Positions 49,589 through 59,522 of a DNA stretch of 64,000 nucleotides are shown piece by piece; within the stretch, counting starts at the first letter, position 1, and every line of letters begins with the position of its first letter. The stretch spans positions 46,872 through 110,871 of the forward strand of contig CAZRSX010000002.1 in NCBI GenBank assembly GCA_964602865.1. The letters run 5' to 3'. The notes under the pieces are model-generated. The model was given only the letters and a program-made list of their open reading frames with translations. It did no database searches and was not told the origin of the DNA. Origin of the DNA: an uncultured Candidatus Saccharibacteria bacterium. Lineage in GTDB: Bacteria; Patescibacteriota; Saccharimonadia; Saccharimonadales; JAGQNJ01. The position numbers and the translations under genes were made by a program.

Positions 49589-51148
49589 TTAGCTCGCTGT
49601 TTTTGTAGGTTGACTGTCTTTCCAATTATCGCCGTAGTGTTTTTTGAGTCGAGCACGGATTGAGCCGGGATGTCGGCCAAGGGCTTCGGCAATTTCTTTC
49701 GGAACCTTGCCCTTCTCGAACAATTCTTTCAGGTTCGCATCTTCCGTTTCCTTCCACGGGCGAAAGGCCTGCGGATACTGTTGGCGCATCTTCGCTAACT
49801 TTTCGCTCCATGTCGACACTGGCTTGTCGGTAACTTTTTTCTTGGCGCGCGCTTCAGCCTGCGGCCGCAAATGCTCAAATTTCTTGCGGTCACGGGCAGA
49901 TTTTTTGCGAAGCGTGCTATCAATCTCGATAGCCTGCGGACTGACCCGCAGAGCCATTTGGTTGAGGCCTGCCAGGCTCAATGTATCGAGACTGCGCACA
50001 CGCGACAACGCCACATAGCCCATGCCCTCAACAAAGGCCTTGCCCAGGTCAATCCGAGCCGCATCCAAAGTCATCCCCTGGCTTTTGTGTACCGTGATTG
50101 CCCACGCCAGCCTAAGTGGTATCTGCGTGAGGCCTGCCCGTTTTTTATCGCCGTCGCGCAACTCCCACGTTTCCGGCTCGAGCACTATGATGCGGCCATT
50201 CCTTAGTTCAACTTTCGGGTAATGCGTATCTTTCTCAAAATCAATCACCGTGCCAAGGCTTCCGTTGGCGTATTTTTTCTCCGGGTTGTTTTTGATGCAC
50301 ATCACCAGCGCGCCCTTTTTGAGCACCAGCTCTTCTTGCGCCAAACACGAGCGTTTGAGATTTTCAACGTAGCCCGCCGCACCTGTCGTCGTCATATGAT
50401 AGGCGTGCGCTTCCCCGTCCAAAGCCTGTAGACGCTGCGCATTCACTGCATCGACATCCACATTTGTGGTGTGCAGCTCAGTGATTTCTTCAAATGGATC
50501 ATACGGCCGACGCCTTGCAAGGAGTGCTTCGCCATGGCGTTGGCGCAAATCGTCTGCACGCATGGCGTTGAGTATCTCCAGGAACACGTCGTCTTCTTGG
50601 CGATGCTGTTCATCCAGATAGCAGACAGCCGGGTCAAACGCTTCCCACACGTTTGCGCCGACCACAAAAGTTCCGGGCATCTGCCCGCGTGTGACTGGCG
50701 GTAGCTGAAAGAAATCTCCGCATAGCACCACTTGCAGTCCGCCAAACGGCTCGTCATTGTCGCGCACAGTACGCGTTATGTGATCGACCATATCCAGGCG
50801 GTAGTCGTGCAGCATCGATATCTCGTCAATAATCAGCACATCCGTTTTTTGGATTGTCTCGCGCCGTGATTTGTGAAGCCCTTCGTGGAACTTTTCGGGA
50901 AGCTCATCGTGTATGCCAATACCGCTCCACGAGTGAATCGTCGTGCCGTTCAGATGCGTCGCAGCCAGCCCGGTTGTCGCCGTGACTGCGACTTTTTTGC
51001 CTTCGCGTTTGGCGTTTTTTATAAATTGGTTCAACACATACGTCTTACCCGATCCGGCCGGTCCGGTCAAAAGCACGTTGTGCCCATTCATCAAAATTTC
51101 CAGTGCCAAGAGCTGATCCATACGACCTATAAGTATATACCATACCAC
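49589..51148 (-). CDS. Pif1/RecD-like SF1 DNA helicase with C-terminal HTH
   Basis: Walker A LLTGPAGSGKTYVL, Walker B VLIIDEISM; C-terminal IAEALGRHPGSIRARLKKH. Confidence 0.8.
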   Translation of the reverse strand: MVWYILIGRMDQLLALEILMNGHNVLLTGPAGSGKTYVLNQFIKNAKREGKKVAVTATTGLAATHLNGTTIHSWSGIGIHDELPEKFHEGLHKSRRETIQKTDVLIIDEISMLHDYRLDMVDHITRTVRDNDEPFGGLQVVLCGDFFQLPPVTRGQMPGTFVVGANVWEAFDPAVCYLDEQHRQEDDVFLEILNAMRADDLRQRHGEALLARRRPYDPFEEITELHTTNVDVDAVNAQRLQALDGEAHAYHMTTTGAAGYVENLKRSCLAQEELVLKKGALVMCIKNNPEKKYANGSLGTVIDFEKDTHYPKVELRNGRIIVLEPETWELRDGDKKRAGLTQIPLRLAWAITVHKSQGMTLDAARIDLGKAFVEGMGYVALSRVRSLDTLSLAGLNQMALRVSPQAIEIDSTLRKKSARDRKKFEHLRPQAEARAKKKVTDKPVSTWSEKLAKMRQQYPQAFRPWKETEDANLKELFEKGKVPKEIAEALGRHPGSIRARLKKHYGDNWKDSQPTKTAS

Positions 51149-51184
51149 CCGGCCTAGCTCATGTGCGGTTGGCCGCGAGCAACG

Positions 51185-51409
51185 TTAGGTTGTTGATACT
51201 TTTTTGGATTGATTTTGTTTGCCAAAGATAAACAGGTACGCCATTGGCAAAACGCCGAGTGTGTTGACGAGCAGCAGCACCCCGAACCATGCTTTGTCGT
51301 TATTGCGCGCCGATCGCCACAGCGCCCAGCCCTTCCAGCCGAGTTCCCACAGCGAAGCTATGGCAATCCACCATATGTTTGCGCTCAGCCATTCTTCCGA
51401 CATCGTCAT
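51185..51409 (-). CDS. small membrane protein
   Basis: 74 aa, two hydrophobic helices. Confidence 0.4.
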   Translation of the reverse strand: MTMSEEWLSANIWWIAIASLWELGWKGWALWRSARNNDKAWFGVLLLVNTLGVLPMAYLFIFGKQNQSKKVSTT

Positions 51410-51445
51410 CTCCTTGTTTATGCTTTTGATTATAGCAGGTCTCTG

Positions 51446-51994
51446 CTATGTTTTGGCGGTGACTCGCCGGCGATATTCTTTCATCGTCATGTAGGTGCTG
51501 GTGTCCTTGACTACATCAACAAACAGCCTGCCGTTAAGATGATCGGTTTCGTGCTGGATAATCTGGGCTTTGAGACCGCTGAATTTGCCGGTTTGTTTGG
51601 TGCCCTGCTCGTCCAGGTATTCGACTTCAATGGCACGGTAACGCGGCACTTTGGCAAATAATCCGGCCTGCCCGGCACCAGAACTGATACAACCTTCCCA
51701 TAGCTGCTTTCGATACCCGAATGTTTTCGTGATTTTTGGGTTTATGATAACCAGGTCGAAAGCCTCAACGTGTGGCCGGTGTTTGGTCGGACGAATCGCA
51801 ATAACAGACAATGCGATGTCCTCTCCGACTTGCGGCGCGGCCAAGCCCACGCCAAGTTTTTTGCTCACCAGTGTGTGACGTATATTTTCGATGAGCGTTT
51901 GCACTGTTTCGGATGTTACTTCAGCAGCTTTCAGTCTCCTAGCTTTTCCTCGTAAAATCGGATCCCCAAACTCAACAATTTTCAGACTTTTCAT
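51446..51994 (-). CDS. def: peptide deformylase
   Basis: GVGLAAPQVG, EGCIS, HETDHLNG; ATG 51994 avoids overlap with upstream gene. Confidence 0.9.
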   Translation of the reverse strand: MKSLKIVEFGDPILRGKARRLKAAEVTSETVQTLIENIRHTLVSKKLGVGLAAPQVGEDIALSVIAIRPTKHRPHVEAFDLVIINPKITKTFGYRKQLWEGCISSGAGQAGLFAKVPRYRAIEVEYLDEQGTKQTGKFSGLKAQIIQHETDHLNGRLFVDVVKDTSTYMTMKEYRRRVTAKT

Positions 51995-52001
51995 AACAGG
52001 C

Positions 52002-52607
52002 TTATATTGGGATGCCCTTGGTGTCTCGTCCTTTTGTAACACCGAGCTGCTTGCGTCGAATCACGAGCATTATAGAGAACAATGCATTCCCCGCTACCCA
52101 GACGACAATCCATGATGATGACAAGAAAGTGTAGACCTCGATTGCCGCAAATGCCAAGAGAAACCGAATGGCATTTGTAACATAGAGCGACAGTGTTTCG
52201 CTGTGTGGCTTGTGCCATGACTTACGTATGGTTGGAATAAATGCCAATATGTCAGCAACGATTACTAATGTAACAGAAACTGCCGGCTGGTCGGCTATGA
52301 GCCAAAACCCAATTGCGATCAACGCCAAGATCGCTACAATCGTATCAGAGGTCGTGATGTCTTTCTTGCCATTTTTGAGGCTCAGCACAACAACGCCAAG
52401 GCACAGCAGTCCCGCAGCAGCAGTGACCCAACTTGCCGCACCTGCACCACCTTTGATTTGTAGCGCGACGAGCAAAATTGTCAGCAAGCCCCACAATGAC
52501 CAACTATAGACATGCGGGTGTGTTTTGCCCTTCAGAATATCCCTGTAGTACGGAATATATGCGGCAAATGTCAGAACTACGGCAACAGCACCGATTATTT
52601 CTTTCAT
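52002..52607 (-). CDS. polytopic membrane protein
   Basis: 201 aa, 5-6 predicted TM helices. Confidence 0.5.
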   Translation of the reverse strand: MKEIIGAVAVVLTFAAYIPYYRDILKGKTHPHVYSWSLWGLLTILLVALQIKGGAGAASWVTAAAGLLCLGVVVLSLKNGKKDITTSDTIVAILALIAIGFWLIADQPAVSVTLVIVADILAFIPTIRKSWHKPHSETLSLYVTNAIRFLLAFAAIEVYTFLSSSWIVVWVAGNALFSIMLVIRRKQLGVTKGRDTKGIPI

Positions 52608-53521
52608 GTTGCTCGAATGGGTCTATTTTTCTTTGGCAGGAACAACTTTCGCACCTCTTTAAAGTTAACGGCACTCAATACAGAAGCGGCAAATATAAAC
52701 GCACCGCCCAGTAGCTCATTGCCATTAGGAGATTCTTGTAAGAAAATCCAGCCGATAATTGCTGCAAATATTAGCTCACAAGCGAGGATTATAGTTCCAA
52801 CGTTCACATCAAAGTGCTGGAAACCGTAGAGCAACAAGTTGCCAAGACCTATCTGCAAAAGACCAAAAACGACTCCAACAACAATAGCCAGCGTACTTAC
52901 TTCTTTGACCGCGACTTCGCCAGAAACCAACATAACACTAGTAGCCACAATGCTGCCAACAGCAAACTGATACCAGAGAACCGTATTTCGATCGTAACCT
53001 TTGAGGGTCTTGCGAAGCGCGTTCGCCCCCCCCTCTATCAAGCCGGCAAGCACACCGGTAACGACACCGACGCTGAGTGAGAAAATCGCGCTTGAGTACA
53101 TGGCAAGCCCAATTAAACTGAGGAGGATCGCTACGATTTTTACAAGTGTAAGCTTCTCTTTTAGAATCAGCGTACCAATAAGAAGCGAAGAAATAATGCT
53201 ACCCGAATAGAGCAGAAATACACTGTTGGCAATCTTTGTATTATTCACCGATATGGTAAACAGCAGCAAGATAGCGCAAAACGCAAGGCCCAACATAATC
53301 GCTTTCTTTATGGCATCTTTTGGTAATTTTATGGTCTTTTTCTTGAGAAAAATTACCAGTGATAGCACTGCAAACGCCACAAAGAATCGAAATGCCACCT
53401 GGGCATTATTACCAAACATCTCAGCCATTTCACGAATCAAAACACCGAAACTGGCATAAATCAGCGCGGCACCAAGCAGTGCCGACGCCCCTTTGATTGA
53501 TGTGTTATTTTTGCTTTTCAT
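52604..53521 (-). CDS. EamA/DMT family transporter
   Basis: 10-TM pattern with two EamA-like halves. Confidence 0.75.
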   Translation of the reverse strand: MKSKNNTSIKGASALLGAALIYASFGVLIREMAEMFGNNAQVAFRFFVAFAVLSLVIFLKKKTIKLPKDAIKKAIMLGLAFCAILLLFTISVNNTKIANSVFLLYSGSIISSLLIGTLILKEKLTLVKIVAILLSLIGLAMYSSAIFSLSVGVVTGVLAGLIEGGANALRKTLKGYDRNTVLWYQFAVGSIVATSVMLVSGEVAVKEVSTLAIVVGVVFGLLQIGLGNLLLYGFQHFDVNVGTIILACELIFAAIIGWIFLQESPNGNELLGGAFIFAASVLSAVNFKEVRKLFLPKKNRPIRAT

Positions 53522-53542
53522 ATCAACTTCATTGTAGCAGAC

Positions 53543-54412
53543 CTAGTTAATATCAACGTCCGCAAAACGATTCGGAACATCGAAGAGTTGTAGCATTCGG
53601 TCATTAATCTGACCCCTAAACAACGCTTGCCCGATCATCTCACCGAAAGCAATATCGTAAAGCCCGGCTCTTTTATTTTTCTCCCATCCGTCAAATAAGC
53701 CCGCCACTTCATCAGCTTCAGCTCGTTCGATGAGTGATGGCATGTGGATCTCATACATACGATCATGAAACTCTGCAGGCAGCGTTCCGCTGGCGCTTAC
53801 TAAGATCTCATCGGCTTTAGCTGTATTAGACTCTGGCCTATACCCCACGTATACGCCCTCTCTACGTACAGATATAGAGCCGACGTGCGGCCTGATGCCT
53901 TTTCGACCAATTCGATTCAACCTGTTGGCCACATATTTGTATCCATCACCGTTATAAACCTGGGGATAATCTTTCAGATCTCTACCTATAGCGAGCCATG
54001 CCAGCTTATCAACAATGTACGGTAGGCCAGGACCATACCGGTCTTCAACTTCTCCTGGCCTGTTAACGTAGTGAACCACCTCTCCGCTTCTCGTGGAAGC
54101 TATGGAAGTTCCTGTGCCTACCCAGATCCGCCGTGATGGTGCATGCATTGCCATAAGGCTGCCGCCCGCTGGCTTCTGGACAGCTTCAAAGACACCGTCC
54201 GCGGCTTCGTGATCAAGGTCTAAAGATTCTGCGTTGTGCTGACCAATTCTTCTGATTGCTTCGTCATCAATGAAGTCATTGGCTGCAAGATCATCAGCTT
54301 TACCTCTTAATTCTTTAACCGCCATCCATCGTTCATCTGACCCGCCCGCAAAGACTCTGGGGAGATCTTCAAGTATCAATGCTTCTGTTCGATTTGTTGC
54401 TCTCTCTGACAT
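53543..54412 (-). CDS. hypothetical protein
   Basis: 289-aa ORF, divergent from TrmB-like regulator. Confidence 0.5.
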   Translation of the reverse strand: MSERATNRTEALILEDLPRVFAGGSDERWMAVKELRGKADDLAANDFIDDEAIRRIGQHNAESLDLDHEAADGVFEAVQKPAGGSLMAMHAPSRRIWVGTGTSIASTRSGEVVHYVNRPGEVEDRYGPGLPYIVDKLAWLAIGRDLKDYPQVYNGDGYKYVANRLNRIGRKGIRPHVGSISVRREGVYVGYRPESNTAKADEILVSASGTLPAEFHDRMYEIHMPSLIERAEADEVAGLFDGWEKNKRAGLYDIAFGEMIGQALFRGQINDRMLQLFDVPNRFADVDIN

Positions 54413-54438
54413 AGTGATCCTTTGATTACTTGCCTATA

Positions 54439-54467
54439 TTGACATACTATTGTCAAAATGCTAAACT
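54439..54467 (+). promoter_or_regulatory. TTGACA-17-TAAACT promoter overlapping palindrome tgacatactattgtca; transcript start expected at or next to the ATG
   Basis: ttgaca 54439-54444, taaact 54462-54467, ATG 54475. Confidence 0.5.
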
Positions 54468-54474
54468 GTTCGCT

Positions 54475-55278
54475 ATGTTGAACAACAAAAACAACATTCT
54501 GATCAGCTTACGCCGTTTGGGTCTTAGTGCCGATGAATGTAAGGTGTATTTGGCGCTACTGGAAAAGCCGCTGAGCCATCTGGAGATTGCCCGCAAAACT
54601 GGGGTAAATCGTACAAAAGTATACCGGATTGCCGACGAACTGGAAAAACGCAGCTTGATCACCGAAAATCAAGATGATACCGGCAGACAGCTCGCCGCCA
54701 ACGACCCTGCCAATCTTGAAATTGTGCTGAAAACCGAAGAAGAGAAAGTTGAGTCCAAAAAAGCAGTACTGAAACAGACTTTGCCGCATCTGCAGCAGCT
54801 CTTTGCCTCTGGCGATATACCCAAAGATACGGATTTTGAGGTGAATACCTATGAAGGCGTCGACGGTTTCAAGCAAATGCTCTGGAATGAACTCAAAACA
54901 AAAAACCAAATATTAATCTTTGGCAGCGGCACGATTCAAGACCTGGTCGGTAGCCAACGCTGGGCAGAAAAACACCGCGAAAAAACATTGGAGGCTGGCT
55001 ACAAAATCCGCGAAATCCTAAATCCAGACGGCAAGCCAAACGAATTCACCAAAAACAAGGATTTTATGGAACAATCATACAATCGACGTTACATCAGTAA
55101 AGAAATTCTACCCCTTGCCCACCAGCTCTGCATCTATAACAACACCGTTGCCATCTACCACTGGCGCGACGGCAAAAAAGTCGGCTGCGAGATCATCAAC
55201 AAATCGTTTGCCGACATGCAATGCGCTATCTTTGAAAGCTACTGGCAAGTTGCCCAGCCAGCTTCCTCGGTCAAATAA
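54475..55278 (+). CDS. TrmB family transcriptional regulator
   Basis: wHTH ADECKVYLALLEKPLSHLEIARKTGVNRTKVYRIADELEKRSLI. Confidence 0.7.
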   Translation: MLNNKNNILISLRRLGLSADECKVYLALLEKPLSHLEIARKTGVNRTKVYRIADELEKRSLITENQDDTGRQLAANDPANLEIVLKTEEEKVESKKAVLKQTLPHLQQLFASGDIPKDTDFEVNTYEGVDGFKQMLWNELKTKNQILIFGSGTIQDLVGSQRWAEKHREKTLEAGYKIREILNPDGKPNEFTKNKDFMEQSYNRRYISKEILPLAHQLCIYNNTVAIYHWRDGKKVGCEIINKSFADMQCAIFESYWQVAQPASSVK

Positions 55279-56206
55279 GCATCGGTAGGACGAAGCTCGT
55301 CATAAGCGGAATATAGATGATGGCGAATATGGTGCTCGTAAAGACTATGAGAGCTGCGCGCTCCGGTTCGGCCTTCAAAAAAGCTGCGTAGACAACAGTG
55401 TTAGCCGCGATTGGAACAATCGACATCAGAAACGCAACTTGATATACATCGTCCCTGCCAACAAAGATGTGCGTATAACTTTTGTCTATCAAAATCAGCC
55501 CTATAACCACCAGCGGCCAGAGTACGAACTTAGGGATAAATGATCGTACAACTGTCGTTACATCTGCATGAGCTCGAGTCAACTCGCTGAGCGCGATTCC
55601 CACCAACAGTGAGCCAAGTAGCACATACGTGCCACGGAAATTGGGTACAAAATCGGCATACACAGAACCAAGGCTTATACCAAGCTGTTGCATCACCACC
55701 GCCAGTAAAAACGCATAAAGAATGGGAAGTTTGAGCAGTTTTTTGAAGCTTTCCTTTAGGGTATGATCTCCTTTTGCAATCAGCAGAAAGCCAATTGTTG
55801 TTTCATAAATCAAATAGCCGAAGATACAGAGAACCACGAGTCCTATCGCATCCTCACCAAACAGGGCAAGTGCAACAGGCAGCCCAAAGTAGCCCGTATT
55901 GCCCGACCCCGCGGCAAATGCCAGCATACCCCGGAGTGGAGCAGGTTTTACCTGTGCGTTGACGAGGTATGAAGATAACGCGATTGCCGAGCAGAGGACG
56001 AAAAATATCACCGGCAGGAGTAACGTCTGCCTAGTAAGTTCCGTGGTATAGACGGCATGAAATATAACAACTGGGGCAACCAAGTAAATGAGGAGATTTG
56101 ATATGGTCTCTTTCTTAACCGAAAGCCTTTTACCGATCAGAAAACCGGCTCCAATCAAAAGGTAGATAGGTAGTAGTTTGTAGACAAAATCAAAGAACAC
56201 GTCCAT
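55271..56206 (-). CDS. AEC (auxin efflux carrier) family transporter
   Basis: 311 aa, about 10 TM. Confidence 0.7.
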   Translation of the reverse strand: MDVFFDFVYKLLPIYLLIGAGFLIGKRLSVKKETISNLLIYLVAPVVIFHAVYTTELTRQTLLLPVIFFVLCSAIALSSYLVNAQVKPAPLRGMLAFAAGSGNTGYFGLPVALALFGEDAIGLVVLCIFGYLIYETTIGFLLIAKGDHTLKESFKKLLKLPILYAFLLAVVMQQLGISLGSVYADFVPNFRGTYVLLGSLLVGIALSELTRAHADVTTVVRSFIPKFVLWPLVVIGLILIDKSYTHIFVGRDDVYQVAFLMSIVPIAANTVVYAAFLKAEPERAALIVFTSTIFAIIYIPLMTSFVLPMLI

Positions 56207-56229
56207 ATTACGCTCGAATTATAGCAGGT

Positions 56230-57174
56230 TTAGGCGGTTTGGGGCTGCTCAGCTTTTAGCTGTTCGTTTAGTTCCAGTAAACGTCTCCTGTGCCTCAAGG
56301 CACTCACGCCAAGAAATAATGCGTTGCTTCGAAGGTCAAAACGAACCGCGGACTCCCCAAACACGTTTACGCTGGACACCAATTCGTTTGTACCTTTAAT
56401 GGCATTCCTTGCCGAACCTCTGACGTATAGCCCAATTGAAGCAGTCAATTCGTCTACTGATCCAGTAAAGTTATTCTCGGCCTCAGTAATTAATCTCGCT
56501 TTTTCTGGTTCGAGCCCCTCACTTTTAGCTCTTTCTCTCATATTAAGCAAGCTCTGTGCGCGTGCTTGAATTATTCTCACGACAAGAGGAGGAGTCAGTA
56601 GCGTACTGGTTCCATGATCGATGGAGTCATGAAGCAAATAGTAGAAAGTTTCCGCAGATTGATCGGGAGAATCGACTGGGATAACACCACGCGAAAAAAA
56701 GTTAATGTAATCAGTGGATTCAAGATACCCACTCGGATGCTCTTCATATCGCAAACTGAATATGCCTGGGTGCTGGTCAAGGAATGCGTTAATTTTTTGA
56801 GCTCTTGGAAAAGTAAGTCTGGTTCGGTCTCTTTGCGTTTTATCATCACGTTCAGAAGTTGTCTCGCTCTCGTAACCGAGATGTCGGTATATTGCCCCGA
56901 ACACGCCTTGCGTACAACTCCGGATTGTATACTCTGAAGCAGAAATCTCGCCCGCTACCTTATCGAATTCGTCATCTTTGTATGGGGTGGCTGTGTCTGG
57001 CTCTCCGGTATTTGGATCTAGATCCCCGGTACGCACAAGATCAACAAAAAAGGCTTCATCACTTCTCTCTATCCTTATAGAGCCCCGCTCGTCTTCGAGC
57101 GATAGCAAGACCTCACGCTGACGAGGTTCATCATCAATGCTTGATGCTGACTGGTACTGGCTGGCTTCTGTCAT
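56230..57174 (-). CDS. hypothetical protein
   Basis: 314 aa, acidic, no motif recognised. Confidence 0.5.
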   Translation of the reverse strand: MTEASQYQSASSIDDEPRQREVLLSLEDERGSIRIERSDEAFFVDLVRTGDLDPNTGEPDTATPYKDDEFDKVAGEISASEYTIRSCTQGVFGAIYRHLGYESETTSERDDKTQRDRTRLTFPRAQKINAFLDQHPGIFSLRYEEHPSGYLESTDYINFFSRGVIPVDSPDQSAETFYYLLHDSIDHGTSTLLTPPLVVRIIQARAQSLLNMRERAKSEGLEPEKARLITEAENNFTGSVDELTASIGLYVRGSARNAIKGTNELVSSVNVFGESAVRFDLRSNALFLGVSALRHRRRLLELNEQLKAEQPQTA

Positions 57175-57787
57175 TTAGTTTTATTATTATCAAATTTTTG
57201 ATTTGGCTGATGTTGGTGTACAACCGTGCGTCAATGCCAGCAGCAAGGGCGCCATCAACGCTGTCCTGGCTATCATCTAAGAATATGATCTCGCCTGGCT
57301 GAATATCTGGCACATCTTGCTCAATTGATTGTAGAACTGGCTGCCAAAAGCGGACGTCTTTTTTGGTATAGCCTACATCGGCTGACGCAAAAATCTTGCG
57401 AAATATATTTGGGAACATTTCGTTGCGCATATAGGCAGCTCGGTACTTTTCTTGATTGGTCGCCAGATAGATTGGCACTCCTGCGGTCCGAAGCTGAGCC
57501 ACAATATCCATAGCCTCGTCATCCAATTGATGCTCGGCCGCGAACCATTGATCGAGCAGTTTTTGCGCGTCACCCTCATGCTGCCAAAGAGCGTTATGTT
57601 TTTGAATTAAATCCTTGAGGTCTGCCCGGCCGCACAGCGCTTCTTCGAACTCGCCCTTGAAAAACGGCGTGAAACTTGCCGGATCCAACCCCTTTATGGC
57701 GGCGTATTGATGCGAGAACAACATTGCGGGCCGAACCAACACACCATCGGCATCAAAAATAACTACTCTTGCCCTACTCGTGAGCAT
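57134..57787 (-). CDS. HAD superfamily hydrolase
   Basis: motif I VVIFDADGVLV. Confidence 0.7.
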   Translation of the reverse strand: MLTSRARVVIFDADGVLVRPAMLFSHQYAAIKGLDPASFTPFFKGEFEEALCGRADLKDLIQKHNALWQHEGDAQKLLDQWFAAEHQLDDEAMDIVAQLRTAGVPIYLATNQEKYRAAYMRNEMFPNIFRKIFASADVGYTKKDVRFWQPVLQSIEQDVPDIQPGEIIFLDDSQDSVDGALAAGIDARLYTNISQIKNLIIIKLNDRSQPVPVSIKH

Positions 57788-57807
57788 TAATTGTAGCAGA
57801 GTCGAGC

Positions 57808-58203
57808 CTATGTAGACTTTTTGGCTTTGCCGATTTTACCCAGGTGTGTGTGGTGAAAGCCTGCTGCTTCTTTGAGGCCATAGCCAAGCGCTCTGTCAAA
57901 CCCGATGTGCGCAATCCAGATCACGCCGATGGTCAACAGTATCATGTTTTCGTTAAAATACCCGACGCCCGCAACAACCAACGAGGCGATCAGCGAGTGG
58001 CCAACGTTATAAATATAGGCGCCAATTTTATTGCCAAACAGATAGCCAAACATTGAGATGTCTGGCAGTAAAAAGCCAATGACAAACCACCACCAACTGA
58101 CATCCGTAAAATGATGCACGCTCACGGCAAGCAGTAAGAGTGCCACCCCTTCAAGCCTCAAAAATACAACCGGAATCGACTTATTCGTCATTCTACCGTT
58201 CAT
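57808..58203 (-). CDS. membrane protein (4 TM)
   Basis: ATG 58203 sits directly after the conserved CTGCTACAAT module. Confidence 0.5.
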   Translation of the reverse strand: MNGRMTNKSIPVVFLRLEGVALLLLAVSVHHFTDVSWWWFVIGFLLPDISMFGYLFGNKIGAYIYNVGHSLIASLVVAGVGYFNENMILLTIGVIWIAHIGFDRALGYGLKEAAGFHHTHLGKIGKAKKST

Positions 58204-58219
58204 TGTAGCAGGTTTAGGG
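58203..58219 (-). promoter_or_regulatory. representative 17-nt junction module CCTAAACCTGCTACAAT (stop codon, extended -10, start)
   Basis: minus strand CCC-TAA-ACCTGCTACA-ATG; related copies at 51434, 53528, 56217, 57791, 58823, 59124, 60065, 60481, 61203, 61851, 62336, 63470. Confidence 0.5.
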
Positions 58220-58813
58220 TTGGAATAATTCTGGCAACGGATCGCCAAACTTGACTTCGCTGATTCTCCCGACTGTTTGGCCTTTGCCCAAATGTGGATA
58301 CTGGGCGCGGTAGGCTGTCATAACGTCACCGAACACGGCATCGCTCCAGTCAAACCCAAGCTGGCTCGCCGTCTTACGGACTGCCGCTTCAGACCCCCCT
58401 TCTATCTCCAGGTACGGCTTGAGCCATGGCCACTCATCGAGCATAATCTCCGTTGTACCCAACCGCCAGGTTTCGCGCTTTGACTCCTGCAGAGAGCACA
58501 TGTGCATATCCATCGCTTCAAATATCCGAAGCGTGTCGTCAAAAGAGCCAACTGTTGTCTCAATTTCTTGAGCCGACGCCACATGATAATCTTGTGATTT
58601 GTCGAACTGTTTGTATGTGAGGGTTACTTTGTCGCCCTCGTCTCTCAGACGGATAAAGCCGGCTTTTTGGCGCAGACGCGAATCGGCGTGGTCGATGATT
58701 GCCCGCTTCATGAGCCGCATTGGCTGTTCGCAGACCGCACCCAAACCTCGCAGTTTTTTGCGCACAACAGCAAAATCCACATTCAAAAACTTCGCCTCGA
58801 TCTCTTCTTTCAT
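58214..58813 (-). CDS. CYTH domain protein
   Basis: N-terminal EIEAKF signature of the CYTH fold. Confidence 0.7.
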   Translation of the reverse strand: MKEEIEAKFLNVDFAVVRKKLRGLGAVCEQPMRLMKRAIIDHADSRLRQKAGFIRLRDEGDKVTLTYKQFDKSQDYHVASAQEIETTVGSFDDTLRIFEAMDMHMCSLQESKRETWRLGTTEIMLDEWPWLKPYLEIEGGSEAAVRKTASQLGFDWSDAVFGDVMTAYRAQYPHLGKGQTVGRISEVKFGDPLPELFQP

Positions 58814-58833
58814 GAGTTCAATTGTAGCAGTTG

Positions 58834-59082
58834 TTAGAGATTTTCAAACGGAATGCCGGTTTTCTTGGAAACTTTACGCGCCCATACCAATAACCGCTCA
58901 AATTGATAATCCCGAGCTGCTGCCTCAGTTTCATTATCGTCAAGCCGCTTCACAAATCCATCGATAGTGCTTGTCAGTCTATCAATACTCGTTCGGGATG
59001 CAGTCTCTTCAAACTTTTGATTCATCTCTTGGCGAAACTCTTCGACATATTTGAACAGTTTTGTGAATTCGTCTTCCTTCAT
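58834..59082 (-). CDS. hypothetical small protein
   Basis: ATG 59082 preferred (TACAAT 7 nt upstream); TTG 59124 alternative. Confidence 0.4.
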   Translation of the reverse strand: MKEDEFTKLFKYVEEFRQEMNQKFEETASRTSIDRLTSTIDGFVKRLDDNETEAAARDYQFERLLVWARKVSKKTGIPFENL

Positions 59083-59135
59083 ATGCTTTATTGTACCACC
59101 ATTTTTTACTTGTTTTTGGCGCAATTATATCAGGT

Positions 59136-59522
59136 TTAGGTTTGCTTTGCGTGGGCCTTCAGCCAGGCGGCGATGACGGGAATATCTAGATGCTCCACTG
59201 CAACTCGCACCGCGAAGTCTTCGAGCACTTTATCGGCAAGACTAGACGTGTCATAGCCGTTGTAGTTCAAAAAAATCAACGCACTCATCACCCCAGTTCG
59301 TTTATTCCCGTCAACGAACGGATGATCGGCAATGATTCCACGCATCAAGACTGCTGCTTTTTCAAAAATTGTCGGGTACAAATCCTGGCCGAATACTTCT
59401 TGTTTCATGCCAGCCAACGCAGACAGCAACCGCTCCCTATCACGAACTCCTTGTGACCCGCCAGATGCATCGATGATTTGCATGTGGATGAGTTCTATGT
59501 CATCCAAGTCTAGCCACTTCAT
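59136..59522 (-). CDS. Doc (death-on-curing) family toxin
   Basis: Fic/Doc motif HPFVDGNKRTG; 4-nt overlap with upstream antitoxin-like gene. Confidence 0.75.
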   Translation of the reverse strand: MKWLDLDDIELIHMQIIDASGGSQGVRDRERLLSALAGMKQEVFGQDLYPTIFEKAAVLMRGIIADHPFVDGNKRTGVMSALIFLNYNGYDTSSLADKVLEDFAVRVAVEHLDIPVIAAWLKAHAKQT

